DNA of 64,000 nucleotides from Methanobacteriota archaeon (GCA_004195615.1 PSPW01000001.1:210881-274880); one strand, 5' to 3'; shown: positions 19,907-30,279, counted from the stretch's first letter. Notes: generated from the letters alone by a model not told the origin. A program made the numbers and translations.

Positions 19907-20722
19907 CTACTCCTCCTCTTTGTCTCCGAACGACGGTTCTCTCTTTTCCTTGAAGGACCGGACGCCTTCCGCGAAGTCTGCAGTCTTGGCAGAGGCGACC
20001 ATGAGTGATTGTTCGAACTGAAGTTGAGTTTCGAAGAATGTCGAGGTGGAGGCGTCTAGCAACTGCTTCGTTCCCCTCCTACTGTTTACTGACCACTTTC
20101 CCCATTCTCTGGCGACTTCCACTGCTCTCTCGACTAGGTGGCCATCATCCACCAACTCATCTACGGCACCCACTGCTAATGCCTTTTCACCAGACCAGAC
20201 CTCCGAGTTGAAGAGGAACCTCTTAGCCACCTGATTGCCGACTAAACGTGGAAGCAACCACGTCATCCCCCCATCTGGAGAAAGGCCAAGGCGAAAGAAA
20301 GCAGAGGCTAGTTTTGCCTGATGGACGCAGACCCTGTAGTCGGAGGCCAATGCCAACCCGAGACCACCTCCAGCAGCTGATCCGTTAATGGCGCACACAA
20401 AAATCGTCTTCGAGGTCCTCATCCTCAGAAGCAATGGATGTAATTTATCGGTCATTTCTTGGACCCTTTCGCCAATTTCTCCAGTCTCGATTCCATTGGA
20501 GAAATCGTCTATGTTCCCTCCGGCAGAGAAGAATTTCCCGGTTCCTGTAATCACCACTGATTTGCATGATGGATCAACTAGGAGCTCATCTAATGAAGAA
20601 AGAAGGGGGTCAAAGTTTCTAGGGGCGAATGTGTCTGCGGAAGCATCGGGAGATAGGGTGACCAACGCAACCCCTCCATCCAACATGTCGGTAGAAACTG
20701 GCATGGCACTCGGGCAGGGCAT
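19907..20722 (-). CDS. Enoyl-CoA hydratase/isomerase (crotonase) family protein
   Basis: ITGTGKFFSAGGNIDDF crotonase oxyanion motif. The start is probably internal (MPVSTDML), because the listed start leaves only 6 nt to the divergent neighbour. Confidence 0.75.
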   Translation of the reverse strand: MPCPSAMPVSTDMLDGGVALVTLSPDASADTFAPRNFDPLLSSLDELLVDPSCKSVVITGTGKFFSAGGNIDDFSNGIETGEIGERVQEMTDKLHPLLLRMRTSKTIFVCAINGSAAGGGLGLALASDYRVCVHQAKLASAFFRLGLSPDGGMTWLLPRLVGNQVAKRFLFNSEVWSGEKALAVGAVDELVDDGHLVERAVEVAREWGKWSVNSRRGTKQLLDASTSTFFETQLQFEQSLMVASAKTADFAEGVRSFKEKREPSFGDKEEE

Positions 20723-20776
20723 GCACTATTGAATTTGCATGAATATCATAAGACGACGCAGGTTGGGACAATCATG

Positions 20777-22192
20777 CACGAACGCCAACACCTCTACATC
20801 GATGGAACTTGGGTCGAACCTAGTGGAGAGGGGACCATAGACGTGGTCAATCCTGCCACGGAACGGATTATAGGTTCAGTCCCAGTAAGTAGCGAGTCAG
20901 ATGCAAATGCTGCTGTTGAAGCTGCTAGAACTGCCTTTACTAGTTGGTCGGCATCTCCAGTGGAAGAGAGATCGGAGTACCTCAATCTACTTTCCTCAGC
21001 GATAAAGAGCAGAGGGGAAGAAATGGCCGAACTAATCACCTCAGAGGTTGGCACTCCGATTGAGTACTCCCGCATGGCTATGGTCGGGACACCTCGGGTA
21101 GTCTCAAGATCATATGCCAATATTCTTGACGGTTTCGTCTGGGAGGAGGAAGTCAGGAACTCAATCGTCGTGAAGGAGGCAATAGGTGTAGTTGCAATGA
21201 TTACTCCGTGGAACTTCCCCCTGCACCAGATTATTGGAAAGGTCGCTCCGGCAATTGCGGCTGGATGTACGATGGTTCTGAAGCCTTCCAAGGAAGCCCC
21301 TCTGAATGCATTCGTCCTCGCAGACATACTAGACGAAATCGGGCTCCCGAAGGGAGTGTTCAATCTCATTTCTGGGCATGGCAGAGAAATTGGAGAGACC
21401 CTGGTCAGTCATCCCGAAGTGGACATGGTCAGCTTCACTGGTTCGACAAAATCTGGCATTCGAGTATCCGAGTTGGCGGCACCTAGTGTGAAGAGGGTTA
21501 CGTTGGAGCTTGGAGGGAAGAGTGCTAACATCATTCTGGACGACGCCGACGTCGCAAGAGCCGCTTCTTCGGCAATCTACTCATGCTTCGGGAATTCCGG
21601 ACAGGAATGCTCGGCACTGACACGATTGTTGGTTCCAGAAGAATCCAGAGACGAAGTAGTCGATATTATCTCAAGCAAGATCGGTCGCTACACCGTTGGA
21701 GATCCGATGGATGTAACCAGCAAGTGTGGACCCCTGGTCTCAAGAAAGCAGCAAGAGAGTGTTTCCTCTTACATCTCAACTGGTATTGATGAGGGTGCGA
21801 CATTAGTTGCTGGCGGAGAGGGAATGCCAGAGGGGTTGGATTCAGGCTTCTACGTCAAACCTACCGTCTTCGCCGATGTGACCTCAGAGATGACTGTCTT
21901 CAGAGAGGAGATTTTCGGTCCAGTTCTCTGTATTACCACATACTCCAACGAAGAGGAGGCAATCGAACTAGCCAACGACTCAGAATACGGCCTCTCAGGG
22001 GGAATTTGGTCTGGGAACGAGGCGCGGGCTATGAGAGTCGCTAGGAAGCTGAGGACTGGTCAAGTCAGCATTAACGGCGGGGCATTCAATGTGACTGCTC
22101 CTTTCGGTGGTTACAAAAAGTCTGGATTAGGAAGAGAATTGGGGGTGCATGGAATGGAAGAGTTCCTTGAGACGAAGTCAATTCAACGTTAG
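20777..22192 (+). CDS. NAD(P)-dependent aldehyde dehydrogenase
   Basis: ELGGKSANIIL, catalytic Cys motif FGNSGQECSA, and EEIFGPV. Likely start MHERQHLYIDGTWVEP (the ORF track lists 20729). Confidence 0.85.
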   Translation, partial: HERQHLYIDGTWVEPSGEGTIDVVNPATERIIGSVPVSSESDANAAVEAARTAFTSWSASPVEERSEYLNLLSSAIKSRGEEMAELITSEVGTPIEYSRMAMVGTPRVVSRSYANILDGFVWEEEVRNSIVVKEAIGVVAMITPWNFPLHQIIGKVAPAIAAGCTMVLKPSKEAPLNAFVLADILDEIGLPKGVFNLISGHGREIGETLVSHPEVDMVSFTGSTKSGIRVSELAAPSVKRVTLELGGKSANIILDDADVARAASSAIYSCFGNSGQECSALTRLLVPEESRDEVVDIISSKIGRYTVGDPMDVTSKCGPLVSRKQQESVSSYISTGIDEGATLVAGGEGMPEGLDSGFYVKPTVFADVTSEMTVFREEIFGPVLCITTYSNEEEAIELANDSEYGLSGGIWSGNEARAMRVARKLRTGQVSINGGAFNVTAPFGGYKKSGLGRELGVHGMEEFLETKSIQR

Positions 22193-22200
22193 GTGATTCG

Positions 22201-22782
22201 ATGGTCCCAAGGCTCCTAATCATCGTGGGAACCAGCGGCGTGGGGAAATCTACTATGTCTGCAAAAATGGCTTCTTACCTAGATTTCAGCAAGGTTGCCT
22301 CCACAGATACAGTAAGAGAGGTCCTCAGAACTCAACTCACATCTCCGGAAAGCCCATCACTATACAGATCATCATTTGAGTCGGCTGGTGGTTCAGCAGT
22401 TGAGGACTGGAAGGAGACTGTCGGAGCGGTGTCTGAGGGAGTGCAAGCAGTTATCTGGAGGGCACTTGAGAAGGGGGGCGATCTGCTTCTCGAAGGAGTG
22501 CATTATTTTCCAAACAAAGAGATAATTGACGAGTGGCGTGAGGCCGGAGGAATAGCCACAGGAGTGGTCCTCTACGTCACTAGCGAAAATAGACACAGAG
22601 GGATGATTGCCAACCGAGAGAAGCACAATGGAAAGCAAGTAGATCACTACTTGGGCAACTTGGATAGAATCAGAGAGATCCAAGAAGATTTTGTTGTTTC
22701 GGGATCCCAGTCAGAATGGCTACTCATAGATCCTACAAAGGAGAACGATGCGGTTGGAATTATTTCCAATAGTCTGAGTTAA
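22201..22782 (+). CDS. P-loop NTPase/kinase (2-phosphoglycerate-kinase-like or AAA-kinase)
   Basis: Walker A IIVGTSGVGKST at the N-terminus. Small 193-aa protein. The exact family is uncertain. Confidence 0.4.
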   Translation: MVPRLLIIVGTSGVGKSTMSAKMASYLDFSKVASTDTVREVLRTQLTSPESPSLYRSSFESAGGSAVEDWKETVGAVSEGVQAVIWRALEKGGDLLLEGVHYFPNKEIIDEWREAGGIATGVVLYVTSENRHRGMIANREKHNGKQVDHYLGNLDRIREIQEDFVVSGSQSEWLLIDPTKENDAVGIISNSLS

Positions 22783-22787
22783 CGTAC

Positions 22788-23645
22788 CTATCGTCCGACC
22801 CAGTCTGCGTCAGACCGCTCCAAGAATGCTCGAACTCCTATCTCCTTGTCCTCAGTGTCGAATAAGGCTACAAACTCGGATCGTTCCATGAGAATCCCTT
22901 CTGAGAAGGGGAGTTCCAATGCTCCCCGGATAACACGCTTTGCGACCTTTGTTGTGTATGGAGACTTACGAGAGATATCCTCTGCTAGTTTCATGGTTTC
23001 GGATTCGAGATCCTCTGGGGAAACCATCCTGTTGACAATTCCCATTTGAAGGGCATCCTCTGCCTTGACCATCCCTCCAGAGAGGACAATCTCCATGGTT
23101 CTGCCATAACCAATTAGCCTGCAGAGCCTCTGGGTACCACCACCACCTGGAATCAGACCAAGATTGATCTCGGGCTGTCCGAATGTGGATCTATCCGAAG
23201 CGATACGAATGTCACAGGAGAGGGCTAGCTCAGTACCTCCTCCAAGTGCGAATCCATCCACCATCGCGATAGTTGGCTTGGAGATGTTCCAAATCGCCTC
23301 CCAAGCGTTATTCTCGAAGAATGGACGGACATCATCGGAGTCCTTACCTGCGAACTCCGAGATATCCGCCCCCGCTGCGAATGCAGGTGGCTTCGGCCTC
23401 TTGCCCTCCTCTGGCTCGAGGGGAGGGGCTCCACGAATGACCACACATCGAACCGAGTCGTCGGCGTTTGCTCTTACAGAAGCCTCCTTAATTGCCCTGT
23501 GTGAGTCTGCATTTAGCGCATTGAGCTTGCCGGGTCTATTGAGGGTCCAAACTGAGATCACCCCGCCCTCTGGGCTGGAGCCTGCAACACTGACGTCCTC
23601 AACAGTCATAACCTCGTCCGTCATGTTACGCCGAGCGAGGCACAT
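22788..23645 (-). CDS. Enoyl-CoA hydratase/isomerase (crotonase) family protein, second paralogue
   Basis: FAAGADISEF and GFALGGGTELALSCD motifs of the crotonase fold. Confidence 0.75.
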   Translation of the reverse strand: MCLARRNMTDEVMTVEDVSVAGSSPEGGVISVWTLNRPGKLNALNADSHRAIKEASVRANADDSVRCVVIRGAPPLEPEEGKRPKPPAFAAGADISEFAGKDSDDVRPFFENNAWEAIWNISKPTIAMVDGFALGGGTELALSCDIRIASDRSTFGQPEINLGLIPGGGGTQRLCRLIGYGRTMEIVLSGGMVKAEDALQMGIVNRMVSPEDLESETMKLAEDISRKSPYTTKVAKRVIRGALELPFSEGILMERSEFVALFDTEDKEIGVRAFLERSDADWVGR

Positions 23646-23665
23646 CGCTTCAACGTATCACAGAG

Positions 23666-24595
23666 CTAGTCTTCTGGTCCAATGGGAGGGGGTAGATCTG
23701 GCAAGGGAAGAGGTGGCATTGGCATCCCAGAAGTGGGGAGGGGAGGAATCGAATCAACTGCTGGTGCTTCAATCATTTCTTCTTCAGAAGAAGTTGGGGC
23801 AGACCTAGGGACGTCCAACGAAACTCTGATCTTCAGGACCCTCTCATCGTCAATCCTCACATAAGAAATTCCCTGAGGTATGGATGGATCTGGTTCCTCT
23901 GGCTCGTAAAAGACCGCCAAACCATGTCCCGGGATACTTGTCAGAGTGGAAAGATCCTCCCCCTCCTCAATCTGAGTCCATTTTCTGACTTCATTGGCTA
24001 CTCGCTTGGACATTTCTAGCCGTCTTTCATGGTGAAGCCTCGCCCTGAAAACTTCCCTCCTCCCTCTCTGCTGGGTGAGGTACTGGTCGACTTCGGCTTC
24101 GGCTTGGAGCTCGGGATCCGAACTAGCGATGTGGACGCTGGCCATCCCTTCGACATCTTCATCGAGTACGATTGGTATTTGAGGGGCATCGAGAGAAATC
24201 CCAGGAGATGAGATTGGAAGAGTCTCAGGAATCACTGGTTCAGGGAGATCTGATAATTTCTTCCTGCCCCTACTCCTTCGAATCTTTGAGTCACGAACCT
24301 CGGAGATGCTTTCCTCAGAGTGAACCGGGGTCGGGAGCTCTATGTCGCCAAAATCTGACTCTTGATCGATGAAAACTGGGGATGACTTCTTGGCTAGAGG
24401 GATTGGTCTCCTTCCAGTGAAAAGAATCGTTGAGACCATTAGCAGAATCAAAACGGCCCCTGCGGCCTGCATAATCAGCCCCTCCGGGACAATAAAAACG
24501 AGATAAATGGGGATTGAAACGATGCTCATTACAATCAGAAGGAGTCTAGTGGCCGTAACCATTCTAGTGCCGCACGGAGGAGTGCTTCTATTCAC
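23666..24595 (-). CDS. Hypothetical membrane protein with two N-terminal TM helices and Pro-rich C-terminus
   Basis: Hydrophobic helices LLLIVMSIVSIPIYLVFIV and AAGAVLILLMVSTILF. C-terminal PLPTSGMPMPPLPLPDLPPPIGPED. No enzymatic motif. Confidence 0.4.
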   Translation of the reverse strand: MNRSTPPCGTRMVTATRLLLIVMSIVSIPIYLVFIVPEGLIMQAAGAVLILLMVSTILFTGRRPIPLAKKSSPVFIDQESDFGDIELPTPVHSEESISEVRDSKIRRSRGRKKLSDLPEPVIPETLPISSPGISLDAPQIPIVLDEDVEGMASVHIASSDPELQAEAEVDQYLTQQRGRREVFRARLHHERRLEMSKRVANEVRKWTQIEEGEDLSTLTSIPGHGLAVFYEPEEPDPSIPQGISYVRIDDERVLKIRVSLDVPRSAPTSSEEEMIEAPAVDSIPPLPTSGMPMPPLPLPDLPPPIGPED

Positions 24596-25185
24596 TTTGA
24601 CGGGGAATTAAGTAGTTCTGATATCGCCTTCAGTGCCCTCCCCCTATGCGAGATGGATGATTTCTCGATAGAAGACATCTCTCCACACGTTCTTCCATCA
24701 CCATCCTCGGGAATGAAAATTGGATCATATCCAAAACCCGTGTCTCCTGATAATTGCTTGGAAATCTTCCCTCTGCAGGTTCCAGTTTCTGTAATAGTAT
24801 TTCCTTCAATGGAGATTACTGCAATGGTTCTGAACTCTGCTCCTCTTTCGGGCTCTGCGGACATTAACTGCAGTATTCCAGGCAGACCGATAGTACTCTC
24901 GACATATGAGGAGTAGGGGCCCGGAAACCCTCCAAGAGCGTCGATGAAAAGTCCTGAATCTTCTACTAGAATGATCGAATCCTCTAGTTTCGTCCCCATC
25001 ACCAACTCTCTCGCCTGCTCAATCTTTGAAAGTGCCACTTCCTCTATTCCTTCGGCCTGGGGCTCAATGAATTCCGGAGGATTTCCTTGGATCAACAATG
25101 GCTCCACTTCATGACCCAGAGGAGCAAGTATTGCAGCTGCTTCGGAAACCTTGTGTTCGTTTCCAGTAGCGAATAGAATGTGCAT
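24592..25185 (-). CDS. Non-canonical purine NTP pyrophosphatase (Ham1/RdgB/ITPase family)
   Basis: ILFATGNEHKVSEA…FGYDPIF…SHRGRA motifs typical of Ham1. Confidence 0.8.
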   Translation of the reverse strand: MHILFATGNEHKVSEAAAILAPLGHEVEPLLIQGNPPEFIEPQAEGIEEVALSKIEQARELVMGTKLEDSIILVEDSGLFIDALGGFPGPYSSYVESTIGLPGILQLMSAEPERGAEFRTIAVISIEGNTITETGTCRGKISKQLSGDTGFGYDPIFIPEDGDGRTCGEMSSIEKSSISHRGRALKAISELLNSPSK

Positions 25186-25195
25186 ATTGTCAACC

Positions 25196-25861
25196 CTAAC
25201 CGTGATATCTGACTCTTCCTGCTATCTTTCGGAATCTGTCCATTACATTTTCCGCAGTCTCTGAACCATTGTTGAGGACCTCAGCATCTAGGTATCCTTC
25301 GCAGACCTTGTCAATAGCGTTAGGAATAGTTGAATGGCTTGCTCCCAGGCACTCCTTCAGTACCTGGAGATCGAGTCCCATGTGCTCCAATTCCGGCGAA
25401 AGTCTAGACAAACCAAAGTCAATGAGGTGAAGAGCCCCGGAAGTAGTTGCCATGACATTGTGTGTGGTCAGGTCACCATGCGAGATTCCAATCTCATGGA
25501 GTCTTCGAATTAATCCGCCAAGAGAGAACAGTTCGTCCCCGGAAGAATCGTCGGACTTGAGCAAGTCGTGAAGAGTCCTTCCTTCAATCCTAGACAAAAG
25601 CATGGATGATTTTCGCTGATCTAGGAACATGAGTTTCGGAGAAGGGAATCCAACTGAAGAAAGTCGAGACAGGATCCTCGCCTCAGCCGCCAGCCTTTGC
25701 CTCGTTAGTCTGCGATCGAGATCAGGATGCCTGTAACCTCTTGCTCTACGGGACTTCAGTACTGCTCGCTTTCCTAGCCAAGAACCGCCAATTACAGTGG
25801 CCTCGGCCCCCTCATGGAGCAAATTCTCCGGCTTCCACATTGGAATTCCCCCACTCGCCAT
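25196..25861 (-). CDS. bud32: Bud32/PRPK-type small Ser/Thr kinase (KEOPS component)
   Basis: RIO-like kinase of 221 aa. Catalytic loop ISHGDLTTHNVM and IDFGLS. Confidence 0.7.
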   Translation of the reverse strand: MASGGIPMWKPENLLHEGAEATVIGGSWLGKRAVLKSRRARGYRHPDLDRRLTRQRLAAEARILSRLSSVGFPSPKLMFLDQRKSSMLLSRIEGRTLHDLLKSDDSSGDELFSLGGLIRRLHEIGISHGDLTTHNVMATTSGALHLIDFGLSRLSPELEHMGLDLQVLKECLGASHSTIPNAIDKVCEGYLDAEVLNNGSETAENVMDRFRKIAGRVRYHG

Positions 25862-25892
25862 GCAAATCCGATGCTAGATGACTTGAAAGCGG

Positions 25893-27005
25893 TTGCACTC
25901 AGAGGGTTGGCTGGTCGACATGGTTCTGGACATGCCCTCCGCCCCGGTTCCGAGAGTGTTCTTGGGTAATTTCGGTTATTCTGAATTGGAGATAGACAAG
26001 GAAGCAGTAAGGCTGCAGTATGCGATTAAGCAACCCATGCGATGGAGTATGGAGGTATGCAGATCCCTAGCCCCTCTAACGCTTGAGATCAATCATCTAA
26101 AGAAGGAGAAGGACGTGTTCCTGATTGCGCATTCATATCAGACACCAGACATCACCTATGGCGTAGCCGACTCTGTTGCCGATAGTTATGCTCTATCCAA
26201 GGAGGCCAGGGACGCACCACAACAGACGATTCTCTTCTCTAGCGTTCGATTCATGGCAGAGACAGCGAAGATCGTCAGCCCGAACAAGACCGTGTTGCAT
26301 CCTTCCCCAGATGCTGGTTGCTCACTAAGTGACAGCATTGTGGCCGAAGACGTGATTAGAATGAAGGAAGACAATCCGGGAGTTCCCGTCGTTTGCTACA
26401 TCAACACTAGTGCGGCAGTAAAGGCCGAGTGTGATGTATGCGTGACCAGTAGCAATTACCTCAGAATATGCGAGAGGTTGCCAGGTGAAAAGCTAATCTT
26501 CGTACCTGACAAATTTATGGGGAGGCATCTGCAGAATTCACTCAGAGGCAAGAAGGAAGTCGTTCTCTATGATGGAGAATGCGAGGTTCATGCAGAGTTC
26601 ACGGGTCCGAAAATAAGGAACTGGAAGAAGAGCATGTCCGAGAATGGAATTGATCTGATGGTACTAAGCCATCCGGAATGTGATTCAGAGGTACTCGACG
26701 AGAGTGACTTCGTTGGAAGCAGCGAGTTGTTGATGAACGAGGCGATTCGTCTAGCCAGTATAGGGAAGAGGAACATGATGCTGATTACCGAATGCGGTAC
26801 GGCCGATAGAGTTCTAGCTGAGACTGAAGATACTCTGAATTTAATGGGGGCATGTGTGATATGCAAACACATGAAGAAGACGCAGTTAGAGGACATACTT
26901 CAGGCGCTAATCGACCCTTATCCAGAGCAGATTGTAGAGATCTCCGGAGAAACGCTCAGAAGAGCCTCGAAGAGCCTGGAAAAGATGTTCATACTCGCTG
27001 AGTGA
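25893..27005 (+). CDS. nadA: Quinolinate synthase A
   Basis: …INHLKKEKDVFLIAHSYQTPDI…ILFSSVRFMAETAKI…VVCYINTSAAVKAECDVCVTSSN… is collinear with NadA. The real start may be internal (~26037–26049), because the first ~50 residues are not NadA-like. Confidence 0.75.
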   Translation: MHSEGWLVDMVLDMPSAPVPRVFLGNFGYSELEIDKEAVRLQYAIKQPMRWSMEVCRSLAPLTLEINHLKKEKDVFLIAHSYQTPDITYGVADSVADSYALSKEARDAPQQTILFSSVRFMAETAKIVSPNKTVLHPSPDAGCSLSDSIVAEDVIRMKEDNPGVPVVCYINTSAAVKAECDVCVTSSNYLRICERLPGEKLIFVPDKFMGRHLQNSLRGKKEVVLYDGECEVHAEFTGPKIRNWKKSMSENGIDLMVLSHPECDSEVLDESDFVGSSELLMNEAIRLASIGKRNMMLITECGTADRVLAETEDTLNLMGACVICKHMKKTQLEDILQALIDPYPEQIVEISGETLRRASKSLEKMFILAE

Positions 27006-29082
27006 TTTTCTCGGTGCCGTAGGACTGGAGTGTCCACAAAAATATCAGTGGAATCATGGCCAAGATAGAAGCCTGGAGGAGTAAGGAGTTCCTTGGCTCG
27101 ATGGTATCGGTGAACGAGAATAGTTTCAGTTCCTTCTCACCATTTTCATTGAGGTCGATCCAGGCTAATCTCTCAAGCAATATCTGTGGCTGAGCCTGAT
27201 CCACCTCTTCATCAAAGGTGTATTGCTTAGTCTCACCAGATTCCAATTCGTGAACGTAGACGTCGTTGTTCCTCTCGGAAGAGCTTGAAGATGAGATAAT
27301 GTCGTCTCTCGTTACCTGGAGGAAAGCGACCCTTCCCTTCCCGATACTAGGTGATGAGGAGTCCCAACGTGGATTGGAAATGAGAGTTTGATTAATGGAA
27401 AGTGTATCGACTAGGATAGTTCTGTTGAATGGACCTACGTCAACTGTTGCGACGAGCCAATTCGAGTCCATCACGAGCCCTACTATCGAAGAATTCTGGA
27501 AATCTAGTGAAGTCCCCGAGTTCAGAATTGAATTCTCGATTCGTTCTGATGATCTGGGGTCGAGAATAATAGAAATAGTGAGATCTGATTCAATGGAAGA
27601 AATATTCACTAGTGGACCTGCTTCCGAGGTTTCTGAAATTGCCACAAGGGCCCCGGATGATGCAACTACCAAAGAATTGGTATCTAAGTCAACAATCCTG
27701 ATTGACTGATCCGTCGTGTCAATTAGTCGCAGACTCTGAGGCGAGAGTATTGCGAGATGCTTACCCCCATTTGAGTCGGTTGGAATTGCAATGTCGATAA
27801 TGAGTTCATCTGAGTTCTCTATGAAAATAGGCTGCAGGACTCCTGACTCTTGATTATGCTCAAAATAGTCGGTTCTGTATTCATCAAAAACCACGAAACT
27901 AACTCCTGAGGAAACCACACTGGGTGCGTTTGCCCAAGGATTGCCCCCCACGGTTCGGTTGGTCTCTGAAGATACATTTCCTGCGGTAATTGTCACCTCT
28001 CCTTCCGACTCTTCGATCCAGACCAGCCACTCTCCAGAACCGGAAGCAGATGTGGGAGAATTAGCCTCATCTATGGATATCTTCTGGTGCGTAACGTCCC
28101 AAAGTAATACTGAGCCAGTCAAAATCATGAGTGCGAGGATGAGGGCACCGGTCTGATTCTTCCCCGGTTCCTTTACAGGGTCGAAAGTATGGAGGCAGGA
28201 GCGTAGGGTTCGCTTCATGGAGCCGCTTGGGTCGTCAAGCGTCCTGGCTAATCTCCTGGTGAAAAGTCGCTCGTCAGCGACCTGCCAAATTGGTTCATGC
28301 GTCCTCGCCGTTATATTCACCGCCAAGATTGCAATCATCATCCCCCCGATTATATCGACGAACCAGTGAATTCCCAAGTAGACGATTGAAACCGAAGTCA
28401 ATGCGATGAAGAATATCAGGAAGACTCGGAACCTTTTCCATCTATCATCCTCGTCCCACCTATGCATGGAGAGCCAAATTGCAAACGGTAGGCCGATGTG
28501 AAGACTCGGCATTCCATTGGTAAAGGGATCAATCCGATTGAACCAATTATGAATATCTGGAGTGAGGTCGTATGCAATTGTCTCCATCCCTTCGACATAG
28601 TTGCCAGTCACCTTGACGTTTAGAAACAAGTAGAATGGTATCGCCAGTATGTATACCCAAAACATCGAAAGGGACACTCTGTCGGCCATGTGCCTGTCAT
28701 CGAAGTAGATCGGATAGACGAATGAAGCGAATGTTGCGGTCATGAATCCCATAACATAGAAATGGGTCATGAATACGTCCAGAAAATCGTTCCTAAGTCC
28801 TTCTTGGACCCAAAGGACTGTGTCTCCCTCGATTGCATACACTAGGAAGGTCATGTCTAGTTGGGTGTTCGCCATCAATACCCTATCGAGACCATCAAGC
28901 AGATCCTTCCAGAGGTAAACCGAAAAGACGACAATCATGTGTGCCCAGTATCGTCTGAACATATCGATGAATCCGTCTGCACTGATTCTTGCATAGGGCG
29001 GTTTAAAAATTGGAATCATTGCTATGCTAATCAGAATAGCCCCAGTCACCCAGGTGATGTAGATGCCTGTTTCAGCAACCAT
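26989..29082 (-). CDS. Membrane protein: N-terminal PAP2-superfamily (lipid phosphatase/phosphotransferase-like) domain fused to a large extracellular beta-propeller-like domain with C-terminal TM anchor
   Basis: Multi-TM N-terminus with PAP2-like motifs (…GMPSLHIGLPFAIW… and …GIHWFVDIIGG…). It is followed by a ~400-aa Ser/Thr/Asp-rich region with TolB-like propeller character and a C-terminal hydrophobic anchor (LLQASILAMIPLIFLW). Confidence 0.5.
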   Translation of the reverse strand: MVAETGIYITWVTGAILISIAMIPIFKPPYARISADGFIDMFRRYWAHMIVVFSVYLWKDLLDGLDRVLMANTQLDMTFLVYAIEGDTVLWVQEGLRNDFLDVFMTHFYVMGFMTATFASFVYPIYFDDRHMADRVSLSMFWVYILAIPFYLFLNVKVTGNYVEGMETIAYDLTPDIHNWFNRIDPFTNGMPSLHIGLPFAIWLSMHRWDEDDRWKRFRVFLIFFIALTSVSIVYLGIHWFVDIIGGMMIAILAVNITARTHEPIWQVADERLFTRRLARTLDDPSGSMKRTLRSCLHTFDPVKEPGKNQTGALILALMILTGSVLLWDVTHQKISIDEANSPTSASGSGEWLVWIEESEGEVTITAGNVSSETNRTVGGNPWANAPSVVSSGVSFVVFDEYRTDYFEHNQESGVLQPIFIENSDELIIDIAIPTDSNGGKHLAILSPQSLRLIDTTDQSIRIVDLDTNSLVVASSGALVAISETSEAGPLVNISSIESDLTISIILDPRSSERIENSILNSGTSLDFQNSSIVGLVMDSNWLVATVDVGPFNRTILVDTLSINQTLISNPRWDSSSPSIGKGRVAFLQVTRDDIISSSSSSERNNDVYVHELESGETKQYTFDEEVDQAQPQILLERLAWIDLNENGEKELKLFSFTDTIEPRNSLLLQASILAMIPLIFLWTLQSYGTEKITQRV

Positions 29083-29135
29083 TACGACCTTGTGGGAATG
29101 AGACTATGCCATCAAGCCAACGCAAAGATGGAGCA

Positions 29136-30152
29136 TCAGATTATCCTTAGAGTACGCTGAGAGCCTTTGTCAAGTTGCTCTTGGACCGCTTTCACGATTG
29201 ATTCGAAAGCCCTTGCCGTTTCTCCTTCTGGTTCGGCGATAATTCTGTGTACCCCATCGTCACCACCCCTGACAATTCCGGGATCGAAGGGGAGCGCACC
29301 TAGGAACGGGACTTCCATCTCTTTCGATGATTCCTCTCCACCGCCAGACTTGAAGATGTCAAGGGTCATCTCCCACTTGCCCTCTCCATCGGACTGGCAG
29401 TCGATAGGAGCTCCCCCCGGACCCATTACAGAAACAGTCGAGTTGGGCGTAGATGTCCCTCTCAGAGTGTATCCACTCATGTTCTCAACAACTCCGAGAA
29501 CAGGGACGGAAATTGTTTTAGCGAAATTAATAGATTTACGACTGTCGAGGAGGGCGACCTCTTGGGGAGTCGTAACTATTACGACTCCATCAATTCCTGG
29601 AAGACTCTGACTCACAGTAAGAGGCTCGTCACTTGTTCCCGGTGGGAAGTCAATAATCAGGGCGTCCAACTCACCCCAGGCGACGTCACCAATGAATTGC
29701 TGAATTGCACCCAGCTTTATCGGGCCGCGCCAAATTACTGGCTTGTCGGGATCCTCAAGTAAGAATGCCATCGAGATGACCTTCAAACCGCTGGGACCCT
29801 CAACAGGATGAATCTGTCCTTCCTCAACGTTTAGATCGGCTTCCTCCAGACCCAGCATCTTTGGAATGTTCGGACCGGTGATGTCGATATCCATCAGGCC
29901 GACCTTCTTGCCCTGACGGGCCAGAGACAGGGCCAATCCAGTGGCCACTGTTGATTTTCCTACTCCGCCTTTACCTGAGAGAACCATGATCTTGTGCTTA
30001 ATCTGCTTGTCCATCTTGCTTATCCTCATCTTCCTCTGCATCTGCTGGTATGCCTGCTCCATCTGAGCTTTCTGCTCATTGGAGGCATCCGCATTAGGAG
30101 GTTCAGGGGAATCCCCCCCAGCATGATGGTGAGATACGGGGGAATCGCCCAT
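29136..30152 (-). CDS. apbC: Mrp/NBP35/ApbC-family Fe-S cluster carrier ATPase
   Basis: Deviant Walker [15 protein letters not shown]. Mrp-family collinearity. C-terminal CxxC-region present. Confidence 0.85.
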   Translation of the reverse strand: MGDSPVSHHHAGGDSPEPPNADASNEQKAQMEQAYQQMQRKMRISKMDKQIKHKIMVLSGKGGVGKSTVATGLALSLARQGKKVGLMDIDITGPNIPKMLGLEEADLNVEEGQIHPVEGPSGLKVISMAFLLEDPDKPVIWRGPIKLGAIQQFIGDVAWGELDALIIDFPPGTSDEPLTVSQSLPGIDGVVIVTTPQEVALLDSRKSINFAKTISVPVLGVVENMSGYTLRGTSTPNSTVSVMGPGGAPIDCQSDGEGKWEMTLDIFKSGGGEESSKEMEVPFLGALPFDPGIVRGGDDGVHRIIAEPEGETARAFESIVKAVQEQLDKGSQRTLRII

Positions 30153-30248
30153 ATTACTCCATTTGATGGGACACTATTGAAACCTATTCTGAGTGATTTC
30201 TGCCTAATGACAATATTGTGATTAGTTATTTAGTCACCCTCCCACACA

Positions 30249-30265
30249 AGAATTGTGTGCATCTC
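30249..30265. promoter_or_regulatory. Perfect 7-bp inverted repeat CACACAA-gaa-TTGTGTG in the intergenic region between divergent apbC and the arsC remnant
   Basis: Read directly from the sequence. Sits ~100 nt upstream of both flanking genes. Candidate operator. Confidence 0.3.
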
Positions 30266-30279
30266 TTATTCGTTTGCGT

